Shown one piece after another: positions 35,728 through 45,231 of a stretch of 64,000 nucleotides of DNA; the stretch's first letter is position 1, and each line of letters opens with the position of its first letter. The position numbers and the translations under genes are program-made. The stretch is taken from assembly GCA_036005845.1 (NCBI GenBank), contig DASYQD010000117.1:49581-113580 (forward strand), read 5' to 3'. The notes beneath the pieces are model-generated. The model did no database searches, was not told the DNA's origin, and saw only the letters and a list, made by a program, of their open reading frames with translations. This DNA is from Thermoanaerobaculia bacterium. GTDB taxonomy: Bacteria; Acidobacteriota; Thermoanaerobaculia; Multivoradales; JAIOJS01.

Positions 35728-37296
35728 TCAATCGCCCGGCCACAGCGGGAACTCGATCCACGCGCCGGCGCCGCGGTAGACCCAGACCTCGGCGCGGCCG
35801 TCGCCGTTGAAGTCGCCCGCCGGCGCGTTGCGGCGCCGGTGGCAGGTGGTCGAGAGGCCGGCGACGAAGGCGTTCATCCGCGCCGACACGCGGTTGGGCT
35901 GGTTGCCGTAGGGGTGCGGCACGCCCGCCGCGGTGGCGCCGAAGGTCAGGCTGGTGTTGCTCATGAAGCTCGGCGCGATGTTGTGGCAGTAGCTCATGAT
36001 GGTGCCGTTGCCCTGGCCCTGCACGCCGCAGTTGGCGGTCCCCAGCGACGGCACGCAGGTGGCGCCGGAGTAGCAGGCCTGCAGCGTGCCGTTGACCGAC
36101 ATCTGCTCGCCCGAGGAGCAGCGGTCGACCTCCTGGCCGGCGCCGAAGAGCACGTTGTAGCAGTGGGTGTGCGGCGAGTTGAAGTTGTGGCCGATCTCGT
36201 GCGTGGCGCCGAGCAGGTCCCAGTTCACGGCGTTGGGGTTGGCGGGGTTGAAGGTGCCGCTGATGCCCATGGTGACGCCGTAGCCGCCGCCCCATTGGCC
36301 CGCGGCGCAGGTGCCGCCGGCGCTGAAGTCGGCCGAGCAGAGGACGCCGATCCAGGCGATTCCGGCGGTGGTGCTCTTGCCGCTCAGGAAATGAACGGTG
36401 CCACGCGGGAACGTCGGCCGGTTGGTGTGCCACCAGGTGCCGAGCTCGCACAGCGCCGTGGATGGGCTGGTGGCGGTCCAGGGATCGCTGGTGGTGGCGC
36501 CGGTCCACGCCGAGACCAGGTTGACGCGCAGCGTGGTGTTGACGTCGCGGTAGTAGATGGCCGACATCGCGCCCATCAGGTCGCCGATGTAGGCCGCCAT
36601 GGTGTCGACCGAGCCGAAGCGGTTGAACAGCTCGACGTCGGTCTCGATGGCGACGGTGATCGAGTAGAGCGCGGCGGCCTTGTCACCGGGCGCCGCCGGC
36701 TCGAAGGGAGCTGCCTCGGCGCCGGCGCCGAGCTCGTCGAGAGCGGTGGCGGGGACCGGCAGCGCGTCGGCGTCGCACTCGAAGCCGCGGGCGTCGGGCG
36801 CCGCGTCCGCCGCCGCCTTGGCGATCAGCGGCTCGCCGGCGAGGGCCGCGTCCGCGGCTCCGAGAACGTACGTCGCGCCGTCGGCGATGACCAGGCCGCG
36901 CACGTCCCCGGCCTCGCCGACGGAGAGGAAAGCCGTCGAGCTCGGATCGCCTTCGACGCCGCCCCGGAAGAACGTCCGGTTCGGCACCGCGTGCGTTGTC
37001 ACCTTGCTGCCGTTCTCGTGCACCACCACAACGGCGTCGGGCGTGAAGAGCTCGAAGCGTTCGAGGGTGAGGGCCACCTGGCGCTCTGCCAACGGCACGC
37101 CGGCGACGCGCAGGCCGCCGTCCACCGGCACTTGCCGCGCGCGGGCGGCGAGGGTTTCCTTCGGCAGCGTGAAGCTGAGCCGCATCTGCGCCGTCTGCGC
37201 GCCGGCGAGCGCGGGGCTCAGCGCGGCGAGGACGACCCAGAGGAGCGTCCAGGCCCGGCGGCGGCCCGTCCCGAGCCGGGGACGTCTAGGTGGCAT
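35728..37296 (-). CDS. Secreted M12/reprolysin-like zinc metalloprotease ending in a single DFNGDG repeat
   Basis: AGGAG RBS, signal peptide and prodomain. VAIETDVELF, GIAWIGVLC and HEIGHNFNSPH zinc motif, GTIMSYC Met-turn; C-terminus AGDFNGDGRAEVWVYRGAGAWIEFPLWPGD. Confidence 0.88.
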   Translation of the reverse strand: MPPRRPRLGTGRRRAWTLLWVVLAALSPALAGAQTAQMRLSFTLPKETLAARARQVPVDGGLRVAGVPLAERQVALTLERFELFTPDAVVVVHENGSKVTTHAVPNRTFFRGGVEGDPSSTAFLSVGEAGDVRGLVIADGATYVLGAADAALAGEPLIAKAAADAAPDARGFECDADALPVPATALDELGAGAEAAPFEPAAPGDKAAALYSITVAIETDVELFNRFGSVDTMAAYIGDLMGAMSAIYYRDVNTTLRVNLVSAWTGATTSDPWTATSPSTALCELGTWWHTNRPTFPRGTVHFLSGKSTTAGIAWIGVLCSADFSAGGTCAAGQWGGGYGVTMGISGTFNPANPNAVNWDLLGATHEIGHNFNSPHTHCYNVLFGAGQEVDRCSSGEQMSVNGTLQACYSGATCVPSLGTANCGVQGQGNGTIMSYCHNIAPSFMSNTSLTFGATAAGVPHPYGNQPNRVSARMNAFVAGLSTTCHRRRNAPAGDFNGDGRAEVWVYRGAGAWIEFPLWPGD

Positions 37297-37392
37297 GGTG
37301 AGTGTCTCCTGGGCGATCAGCATCGAGCCAAACTCTTCACACCGCACAGCCAGCAGAATGCGTACCAGCAGCCGCTCTAGAATGGGCAACGC

Positions 37393-39396
37393 ATGAAGCC
37401 CGATCCGATCTTCCGGCTCACGCCCGGCAAACGCGTCCTCTTCCTCACCAAAGACCCCGACCTCATCCGCCGCCAGCTCCGCGGCGAGCTCGACCTCGAG
37501 CTCGCCGGCCTGCGGGCGCCCGAGGACCTGCTCGACGACATCAACACCGACGTGATGACGCCGGCGTGGGTCTGTTTCCACCACCGGCCCGAAGATCTGG
37601 CGCGCGAGGCCTATGCCGGCATGATCGTCGATGGCGACCGCGTCTTCCCGCGCGACGCGCTCTACGCCGGCAACTTCGAGGTCATCGTCTCCGGCCAGCG
37701 CAAGGGCGTCGGCAGCTCGCGCGAGACGGCGACGCAGGCCGAGAAGTGGAGCGGCATCCGTCTCGCCGTCGCCGAGTCGTTCGCGCCCATCCACGCCGCC
37801 AACAACGTCAACCAGGGCGTGCTGATGGCGGGCTACGACGTGCTGGCGCGCCTGCAGCGCGGCGAGGGCGTGCCGCTCGAGGAGCTCTATCGCGGCTACG
37901 ACCCGATCACCCAGCTCATCGTGCAGCAGGGCGGTCTCTTCCCGTTCGCCAAAGCGCTGGCGCGCGGCGAGGTCGAGCTGCCGCGGCCGAACAGCGGCAA
38001 GCGGCCGATGACGATGGCGGAGAAGATCCTCGCCAAGAAGATGATCGGCGTCGAGGACGAGCAGCGCTACGTCAAGCCGGGCAACGCCGTGGTGGTCAAC
38101 GTCGACGGCGGCTACAGCCACGAGTTCACCACGGCGCAGGTGCACTACTTCCTGCAGCAGGAGTACGGCCCCGACTACCGCATCCAGCATCCAGAACGTT
38201 TCGCCGTCTTCGAGGACCACCTCGTCTACGCCGACGAGGTGCGCAAGATGCGGCCGTTCCTCGACCAGATCGAGACGCTGCGGCAGCTTCAGCGCGAGTT
38301 CCAGCGTCACACCGGTGTGCGCGATTTCTCCGCCCATGACCGCGTTTCGCCCGGCATCTGCCACGAGGTGGCGCGCGAGCAGATGATCGAGCCCGGGCAG
38401 TTCGTGCAGGCCACCGACAGCCACACCTGCATGGGCGGCGTCAACAACGCGCTGGCGTGGGGCGTCGGCTCGACCGAGTACGCGAGCCTGGTCTACGACG
38501 GCTTCACCACCGTCGAGGTGCCCGAGTCGATCCGCTTCGAGCTGGTCGGCGAGCTGCCGCCGAGCTGTACCGCGAAGGACGTCATGCTCTACATCCTCCT
38601 GCGCTACGCGCGCGAGGAGAAGACGCTCAACCGCGTCATGGAGTTCACCGGACCGGGCCTGGCATCGCTGTCACCCGACGAGCGCGCCACGCTGACCAAC
38701 ATGGCGACGGAGTGCGCGGCGCGCACCGGCATCTGCGCCGCCGACGACAAGACACTGGAGTGGATCGCGGCGCGGCGGCCCGGCACCGATATCGAAAGGT
38801 TGCGCGGGCAGGTGGTCGAGCCCGACCCCGACGCCGAGTACGCCGGCGGCATCCACGTCATCGACCTCGCGGCGCTGCGGCCGATGGTGGCCCACCCCGG
38901 CGACCCCGACCACGGCGTGCCGTCGGACCCCACCAACGGCGAGTACGTCGACCAGCTCGACGAAGTGAAGATCGACATCGCCTACGCCGGCAGTTGCACG
39001 GCCGGCAAGATCGACGACTTCGTCTTCTACCACCAGGTCTGCAAGGACGCCGTCGACCACGGCTGGAAGGTGGCTCCCGGCGTCGAGTTCATCATCCAGT
39101 TCAGCTCGCGCGAGGTGGAGGAGTACGCGCGCGAAGCCGGCTTCCTCGACACCTTCGAGAGAGCCGGCGTGCGCTTGATCCACCCCGGCTGCGGCGCCTG
39201 TATCGGCTGCGGCCCGGGTGTGTCCGAGAGCGCGGAGCAGGTCACGGTCTCGGCCATAAACCGCAACTACAAGGGCCGCTCGGGACCGGGGAAGCTCTAC
39301 CTCGCCTCGCCGCTCACTGTAGCGGCATCGGCGTTCACCGGCTACATCAGTGAGTACCGGCCGGGGATGTTCGAAAGGAAGCTCGCCGTCGTCTAG
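37393..39396 (+). CDS. Aconitase/isopropylmalate-isomerase family protein with N-terminal swivel domain fused to the large subunit
   Basis: N-terminal GVGSSRE (LeuD-like), then TMAEKIL, GICHEV, DSHTCMGG, GSCTAGK and PGCGACIG, STNR-like SAINRNYKGR. Confidence 0.85.
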   Translation: MKPDPIFRLTPGKRVLFLTKDPDLIRRQLRGELDLELAGLRAPEDLLDDINTDVMTPAWVCFHHRPEDLAREAYAGMIVDGDRVFPRDALYAGNFEVIVSGQRKGVGSSRETATQAEKWSGIRLAVAESFAPIHAANNVNQGVLMAGYDVLARLQRGEGVPLEELYRGYDPITQLIVQQGGLFPFAKALARGEVELPRPNSGKRPMTMAEKILAKKMIGVEDEQRYVKPGNAVVVNVDGGYSHEFTTAQVHYFLQQEYGPDYRIQHPERFAVFEDHLVYADEVRKMRPFLDQIETLRQLQREFQRHTGVRDFSAHDRVSPGICHEVAREQMIEPGQFVQATDSHTCMGGVNNALAWGVGSTEYASLVYDGFTTVEVPESIRFELVGELPPSCTAKDVMLYILLRYAREEKTLNRVMEFTGPGLASLSPDERATLTNMATECAARTGICAADDKTLEWIAARRPGTDIERLRGQVVEPDPDAEYAGGIHVIDLAALRPMVAHPGDPDHGVPSDPTNGEYVDQLDEVKIDIAYAGSCTAGKIDDFVFYHQVCKDAVDHGWKVAPGVEFIIQFSSREVEEYAREAGFLDTFERAGVRLIHPGCGACIGCGPGVSESAEQVTVSAINRNYKGRSGPGKLYLASPLTVAASAFTGYISEYRPGMFERKLAVV

Positions 39397-39541
39397 CTGT
39401 TGATTCTCACCCCGTTCGTCAGGTTGAGCCAGGCGACGGGTGATTGTCCACCGAGTGCGGACGACGGCCGCTGAGGTCTCGCCTCTGCCATGCCGCTGCA
39501 GTGACATACACTGTCGGCATACCCAAGAGGGAGAGGGGTGA

Positions 39542-40168
39542 TGGCGCCGCGCGCCAAGCCGGCTCGACGCCGCGGCCGCGGTCAGGCATGCAATCGCATA
39601 CGAGTTCCCTCGCGACCTGATGATCCGGCAGTCGGCCAACGATGCCGGGGGCGCGCGTAGCGCCCCACTAGGGAACAGCCCCGACATCTGGATCGGCCAT
39701 ACCGACCCCCGCTCAGTGGACAGCGTGAATGGCGACGGTTCACCATCGGAGGGACCGGTGGCCAGGTCGCGCGGCTGTTGGCTCTTCGCCCGCGTTCACA
39801 ATCGCGGTTCCGTCGAAAGCCTGGAGGCGTGGGTCCGCTTCTACGTCGCGGCGGGACAGCTCGATCCTTATCGTTTCCCGGAGGACTTCGAGTTCGCCAG
39901 GGCGCGTGTGCTCAGGCCGGGGAGGTGGAGTCGTGGCACGAGGTTTCTCGACGAGGTCCCGATCGACAAGCTGCCGCCTGGCGAGAGCCAGACGGTCGCC
40001 GTCCAGTGGATGCCCGCCCTCATCCCGCCGGTGCTCGATTCCGCGGGGAGGCGATGGAACCCCCACATCCTGGTGGCGATCTCCCCGCTCGACGGGCCCT
40101 CCGAGGGAGTGACGATGCTCGATTGCAACAACCTGGCGCAACGCGCCATCGAGATCTTCGAGGACTGA
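39542..40168 (+). pseudogene. Probable 5'-truncated remnant of a peptidase-associated C-terminal domain (hypothetical 182-aa ORF from 39620)
   Basis: The frame is open from 39542 with no start codon and reads RLDAAAAVRHA...DLMIRQSANDAG...NSPDIWI...ARVHNRG, resembling a subtilase C-terminus plus accessory domain. Confidence 0.4.
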
Positions 40169-40223
40169 GAGCGCCAGGCGTTCGCGGCCGGCAAAGGCGT
40201 CCGCGCCGACGGCTCGCGCGCGT

Positions 40224-43200
40224 TTACGGAGTCACGGCCGACCAGGGCCGATTGCCGGCCTCGAAGCCGTTGACGAAGAGCTCAACGCTCTCGAGATCGA
40301 AGTCGATGCCGTCGACCAGCGCGTCGTGGCTCGCGACCGCGATCGGCGTGCCCTTGGTGGGATCGCACAGACCCTGATATGCCGGCCCCTGCGGACACGG
40401 CAGGTTGTTCCACACCTCTTCCAGCGCGCCCATCCCACTGTCGGTCGAGGCATAGTAAGTTCCCGGATTGGGCACGAAGTGATAGCCCCCCTGAGGCCCT
40501 GTCAGGGTGCTGTCGACGTGCTCGCCGGCGGCGTCCCAGAGGTCGATGGCGACCCCAGACAAGGGATGGCCGTGGTCGGTCACGCGTCCGTCGATGCCGC
40601 GTGCGTACGAGAGCACGAAATCGATGTTGGCCGTCGTGTTCCCTGTCGTCACGACCACCGGCGTGCCGGTGGTTACGTCGCAGGAACCGAGGCAGCGAAT
40701 CCCTGAGTAGAGCTGGCCGACGAGCTCCGACCCACCGTAGGCGACCAAGTACCAGGTCCCGGGCTCGCTCGGGAGCTGGTAGTGGCCTCCTGCGTCGGTG
40801 GAGGCGTAGCCGCGATATTGGCCGGTGGCGTTGTAGAGATAGATCGTGACGTAGGGCGGCGTGGTTCCGCTGGTGTCGGTGACCAAGCCGGTGATGACAC
40901 CGGACTGTGAGAGCCCGAAGTCGATGGCCGTTGTAACGGTACCGAGCGTTACCGGGATCGGTGTCCCGGCGGTCGGGTTGCAACTTGCGCTGGGGCAGGG
41001 CAAATTGTTGTAGAGCTCGGCATCGTATTGGTTGTTGTACGGGTAGGAATCCGCGACCGCGAAGTAGTTACCCGCGTCGAGGCCGTTGACCTGATACGTG
41101 CCGTTGCTCGCGCTGTAGGTCGAGGCGACCAGCGTGCCGCTGCTGTTGTAGATCCAGACATACGAAGAAGGCAGCGGCGCCGACGTCACCGCGTCGCGAA
41201 CGGTACCGGCAATTCCCCCCTTGCGCACGAGGGCGAAGTCGATTCCCGCGGTCGGCGCGCCCAAGCTGACGGCGACGCTCGTGCCGTTCGCCGGGTTGCA
41301 GCCCGTCGGCGCACCACCGGGACAGGGGATGTCGTCGTAGAGCTCGTCGATGAACTCGTAGCTCTCGGCCACGACGAAGTAGTTGCCGGGCACGAGACCA
41401 TAGATCTGGTACGTGCCGGTGTTGCCGCTATAGGTGTAGCCCACGAAGTTGCCGGAGCTGTCCCACACCTCGACTTCGACGCCGCCGGCCGGTGCACTCG
41501 AAGCATCGGTGACCGTGCCGGCGATGCTTCCGAGCGTCGTCAGCGCGAAGTCGATGCCGTTGGTGTCCGCATCCAGCACTACCGACACGGGAGTCCCGGT
41601 CGTCGGATCGCAAGTCCCCAGGCAGGGGATGTCGTCATATAGCTCACTGCGATAGTAGTAACGGCTGGCACGCACGTAGTACGTGCCAGGGAGCAGGCCG
41701 GTGGCCGAGTACGAGCCGCCGTAGGAGTAACCGTAGGCAACGTAGGTGCCGGCCGCGTTGTAGATATCGACATAGGAATAATCGGACAGGGGATCGCCGG
41801 TGACCGCGTCCGTCAAGTGGCCCGAAATCGAGCCCAGCTTCCGCAGCGCGAAGTCGATCCCACCGGTGGTGTGATCGAGAGCCACGGAGAACGCGGTGCC
41901 GCCGGCGACGTTGCACGAGGGCTCGCAGGGCACGTCGTCGTAGAGCTCGTCCAGGTACCCGCTCCAGGTCTGGCTGGTTGCGTAATACGTTCCTGCGTTC
42001 AACCCGCCAGCCAGGTATTGGCCCGCTGCGTTGGTGTAACCGTATGAACGCTGAGAGCCTTGCGCATCCAGGATGTCGACCCGTGCATAGGTGATCGGCG
42101 CGCCGTCGGCGACTTGCGTGACCGTCCCGGCGACGACTCCGAACCGGTCGAGAAAGAAGTCCACGCCGGGAGTCGTCTGTCCGTCGGCGACCGGAATCGG
42201 CGTTCCATTCGTCATCGTGCAGCTCGGCACGCACGGGATGTCCTGGTAGAGCTCTCGGCGATACTCCGAGTTGGAGGAATCGCCGGCAACGGCGAAGGCC
42301 GTGCCGCCGGCGAGGCCGCTTACCAAGTAGCGGCCCGCCTGGTCCGTCTCCGCCATGGCGGCCAGCCCGCCGTTGGCGCCGTAAACGGCTACGTCGGCGT
42401 AGGGAAGAGCCGCGCCGGTGGCAGCATCGCGAACGCGGCCCGCGACGCTGGCGCCGTGTCCGAGCGCGAAGTCGATGCCGGTGTGAACGGCGCCGCTCTG
42501 AACCACGATCGGTGTCCCGGTCGTCGGCGTGCAGCCGGATGGAGCTCCGCCAGCGCACGGGATGTCGGCGTAGAGCTCGTCCAGGAAGCCGTCGGGATAG
42601 TAAAAGTCGCCTTGCGTCGAGGCGTAGTACGTACCAGGGCTCAAGCCGAGGACCAGATAGCTGCCGTCGCCGGCCGTGTAGTCATACCCGGCGTAAGAAC
42701 CGTTGGCGTTCCAGACCTCGACGTAGCGGTCGACGAGCGGCCCCGCGGTTGCCTCGTTGGTGACGGTGCCCGAGATCCCGGCCGAGCCACCCTCGATCTG
42801 TATCGTGGCGGTGCCCGTCGCCTGCTCCCAGCCCCGGGTGCGGATCCAGGTGGTCTCGCCGGCGGCGACGCGAAGGACGGTGCGGCCTTGCAACCCGACC
42901 TCGTCGTCGCCGTGAGCGCGTGGGGTGCCGCTGGATCCAGGGCAAGCATCGAACCAATCGACGACGGTGTCGAAGTCGGACCCGGCAGTGCTGACCACCG
43001 CCATGCCGCCCACCTTGGCCGTGTAGCGAAGCCAGATCTCGCCGCTGGTGCCGTCAGCGCGCCGGACGACCTCGCCCTGGTAGCTGCCGTCCACGACGTC
43101 GATGGCGCTGGCGCAGCTCGCAGCCGCGCCGGCATCGAACACGGTGGCGGGCTGCCGCGGCTCCCAAAACGAGGTCGGCGAGCTCGGCACGCTGCTGGCG

Positions 43201-43610
43201 CGCTCCCGGCTCTCCACCTCGCGGAGAAGGGGCATCAGGACCCCCGCCTTGCGGGCCAGGTCGCGCCCTTCCGCCGTCATCTGCTTCCTGGCTGACTCAC
43301 GCAGCACGTCGGCGAGATCCCTGAGCTCGGCTGTCTTTGCACCAGCTTCTGGAAGCTGGCGGGTCTCAGGACGCGAGATGGTGTTCAGTCGTCGACGCAG
43401 CAACCGCTCCAGGCGCCAGATCGCATCGCGGAGCGCTACGTGCTCGCTGCTCGACGAGTCCTGCGCGGCGGACGCCTTGGGCGCGGGTTGCGATGCCGTC
43501 GTGGACCGGGCGGTCTCCGTCGCGGCCCCGTCGGCCATGCCCGGTGATACCGCGGCGGCGATGAGAATGATGCCAGCCACGGCCGCCCGGCGAAGTTCAG
43601 TTGGAAACAT
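40224..43610 (-). CDS. Large secreted protein with eight carboxypeptidase-regulatory-like (prealbumin fold) repeats and C-terminal LFVNGFEAG..W tag
   Basis: Signal peptide, helical segment and PPC-like domain. Eight ~100-aa repeats (GxIxGxVxD...GxYxxxGLxPGxY...ELYxxIPC...C...GTPxxV...IDFxL); ends LFVNGFEAGNRPWSAVTP. Confidence 0.85.
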   Translation of the reverse strand: MFPTELRRAAVAGIILIAAAVSPGMADGAATETARSTTASQPAPKASAAQDSSSSEHVALRDAIWRLERLLRRRLNTISRPETRQLPEAGAKTAELRDLADVLRESARKQMTAEGRDLARKAGVLMPLLREVESRERASSVPSSPTSFWEPRQPATVFDAGAAASCASAIDVVDGSYQGEVVRRADGTSGEIWLRYTAKVGGMAVVSTAGSDFDTVVDWFDACPGSSGTPRAHGDDEVGLQGRTVLRVAAGETTWIRTRGWEQATGTATIQIEGGSAGISGTVTNEATAGPLVDRYVEVWNANGSYAGYDYTAGDGSYLVLGLSPGTYYASTQGDFYYPDGFLDELYADIPCAGGAPSGCTPTTGTPIVVQSGAVHTGIDFALGHGASVAGRVRDAATGAALPYADVAVYGANGGLAAMAETDQAGRYLVSGLAGGTAFAVAGDSSNSEYRRELYQDIPCVPSCTMTNGTPIPVADGQTTPGVDFFLDRFGVVAGTVTQVADGAPITYARVDILDAQGSQRSYGYTNAAGQYLAGGLNAGTYYATSQTWSGYLDELYDDVPCEPSCNVAGGTAFSVALDHTTGGIDFALRKLGSISGHLTDAVTGDPLSDYSYVDIYNAAGTYVAYGYSYGGSYSATGLLPGTYYVRASRYYYRSELYDDIPCLGTCDPTTGTPVSVVLDADTNGIDFALTTLGSIAGTVTDASSAPAGGVEVEVWDSSGNFVGYTYSGNTGTYQIYGLVPGNYFVVAESYEFIDELYDDIPCPGGAPTGCNPANGTSVAVSLGAPTAGIDFALVRKGGIAGTVRDAVTSAPLPSSYVWIYNSSGTLVASTYSASNGTYQVNGLDAGNYFAVADSYPYNNQYDAELYNNLPCPSASCNPTAGTPIPVTLGTVTTAIDFGLSQSGVITGLVTDTSGTTPPYVTIYLYNATGQYRGYASTDAGGHYQLPSEPGTWYLVAYGGSELVGQLYSGIRCLGSCDVTTGTPVVVTTGNTTANIDFVLSYARGIDGRVTDHGHPLSGVAIDLWDAAGEHVDSTLTGPQGGYHFVPNPGTYYASTDSGMGALEEVWNNLPCPQGPAYQGLCDPTKGTPIAVASHDALVDGIDFDLESVELFVNGFEAGNRPWSAVTP

Positions 43611-43698
43611 GAGGGCTCTCCAGAGATAAGGCACGAAAACGTCATGCAGCCGATCAGTGGGCCGCGAACATAGGACGGACTACTTTCGGGGTCATGCC

Positions 43699-43727
43699 AT
43701 TTTCGGCTCGGTATGCTGTTATGTCAA
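43699..43727 (-). promoter_or_regulatory. sigma70-type promoter for the eight-repeat protein
   Basis: Minus strand TTGACA (43722-43727), 17 nt, GAAAAT (43699-43704). Confidence 0.5.
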
Positions 43728-43761
43728 ATCCGGAGTGCCACCCGCGCTATCCTCTTGCCCC

Positions 43762-45231
43762 GTGCTCTCCCTCTCAGTCGTCGTGCCCGTCTACAACGAG
43801 CGCTACCTCGTCGTGGAGTCGGTGCGCCGCGTCCTCGCCGCGGCGCCCTCGTGGGACGGCGTTTCCGCCGTCGAAGTGCTGGTAGTCGAGGATGGCTCGA
43901 CCGACGGCACCCGCGAGATCCTGCGTGAATTCGCCGCCGCCGAGCCGCGCATCACGCTGATCGAGCATGCGAAGAACAGCGGCAAGGGCGCCGCGGTACG
44001 TACCGGCATCGCGGCGGCGCAGGGCGACCTCATCGTCTTCCACGACGCCGATCTCGAGTACGACCCGCGCGACATCGGGCGGCTCGTCAAGCCGTTCCTC
44101 GAAGACGGCGCCGACGTCGTCTACGGCTCACGCTTCTCGGCGTCGGAGCGCCGACGGGTCCTCTACTACCGCCACACGCTCGGCAACAAGCTGATCACCT
44201 TCCTCTCCGACATGGCGACCGACTTGAACCTCACCGACGTCGAGACCTGCTACAAGATGTTCCGCTCGACGCTGCTCAAGTCGCTGCCCATCCGCTCCAA
44301 CGACTTCCGGTTGGAGATCGAGGTCACCGCCAAGATCGCCAAGCGGCAGGCGCGCATCTTCGAGGTGCCGGTCTCGTACGTCGGGCGCACCTATCGCGAA
44401 GGGAAGAAGATCGGCTGGCGCGACGGCTTCAAGGCCTTGGGTGCCATCACCAAGTACTGGGTGGTCGACGACCTCTACGCCGACGACCCGTGGGGCGGCG
44501 CCATCCTGCACAACCTCGAGCGCGCGCGCCGCTTCAACCGTTGGATGGCCGACGCCATCCGCCCCTACCTTGGCGCGCGGGTGCTGGAGATCGGCGCCGG
44601 CATCGGCAACCTCACGCACTGGCTGCTGCCGCGCGAGCGCTACGTGGCGAGCGACATCAACCCGCAATATCTCGCCTACCTGCGCAACGGCACGGTGGGA
44701 AAGCCCTACCTCGAGGTGGCGCGCGTCGATCTCGAGGACCCCGCGAGCTTCGCGGCCTTGCAGGGGCAGTTCGACACCATCGTCTGCCTCAACGTGCTCG
44801 AGCACGTGCGCGACCCAATCCAGTCGCTGCACAACATGCACGGCGCGCTGGCGCCGGGCGGACGGCTGGTGCTCTACGTGCCGCAGGGGCAGGGCCTCTA
44901 TTCGACGCTCGACGAGGCGCTGGCGCACCGCGTGCGCTACGACCAGCGGATGCTCGGCGACGAGCTGCAGAAGACGGGCTTCGCGCTCGAGCATCGCGTC
45001 GACTTCAACCGCGCCTCGGTGCCGGCCTGGTGGCTCAACGGCAAGGTGCTGCGGCGGCGCAACTTCTCGCGGCTGCAGCTCAAGGGCTTCGATTGGACGG
45101 TGCCGCTGCTGCGCCGCGTCGACCGCTGGATCCCGTGGCGCGGGCTGGGGCTCATCGCCGTGGCGCGCAAGCCGGTCGAGGCGGCGGGCGAGGTCGAGGC
45201 GAAGCCGGCGGCGCTCGCCGCCGCGAGCTAG
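43762..45231 (+). CDS. GT2 glycosyltransferase fused to a class I SAM methyltransferase
   Basis: SVVVPVYNE, VEDGSTDG, GKGAAVRTG, HDADLEYDP and TDVETCYK, then VLEIGAGIG and NVLEHV. Confidence 0.88.
   Translation: MLSLSVVVPVYNERYLVVESVRRVLAAAPSWDGVSAVEVLVVEDGSTDGTREILREFAAAEPRITLIEHAKNSGKGAAVRTGIAAAQGDLIVFHDADLEYDPRDIGRLVKPFLEDGADVVYGSRFSASERRRVLYYRHTLGNKLITFLSDMATDLNLTDVETCYKMFRSTLLKSLPIRSNDFRLEIEVTAKIAKRQARIFEVPVSYVGRTYREGKKIGWRDGFKALGAITKYWVVDDLYADDPWGGAILHNLERARRFNRWMADAIRPYLGARVLEIGAGIGNLTHWLLPRERYVASDINPQYLAYLRNGTVGKPYLEVARVDLEDPASFAALQGQFDTIVCLNVLEHVRDPIQSLHNMHGALAPGGRLVLYVPQGQGLYSTLDEALAHRVRYDQRMLGDELQKTGFALEHRVDFNRASVPAWWLNGKVLRRRNFSRLQLKGFDWTVPLLRRVDRWIPWRGLGLIAVARKPVEAAGEVEAKPAALAAAS

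Noticed and set aside
35700-35740. Frameshift or sequencing error splitting one protease-propeller gene
   Set aside because: The downstream gene has its own GGAG RBS, ATG and a complete signal peptide inserted between repeats 1 and 2. A simple indel would not create these.
35728-38424. 898-aa minus-strand ORF
   Set aside because: The upstream part is antisense to the aconitase gene; RBS and signal peptide place the start at 37296.
39541-39660. 39-aa Arg-rich small ORF behind a purine-rich RBS-like sequence
   Set aside because: No recognisable features, and it overlaps the better-supported remnant frame; cannot be supported from sequence alone.
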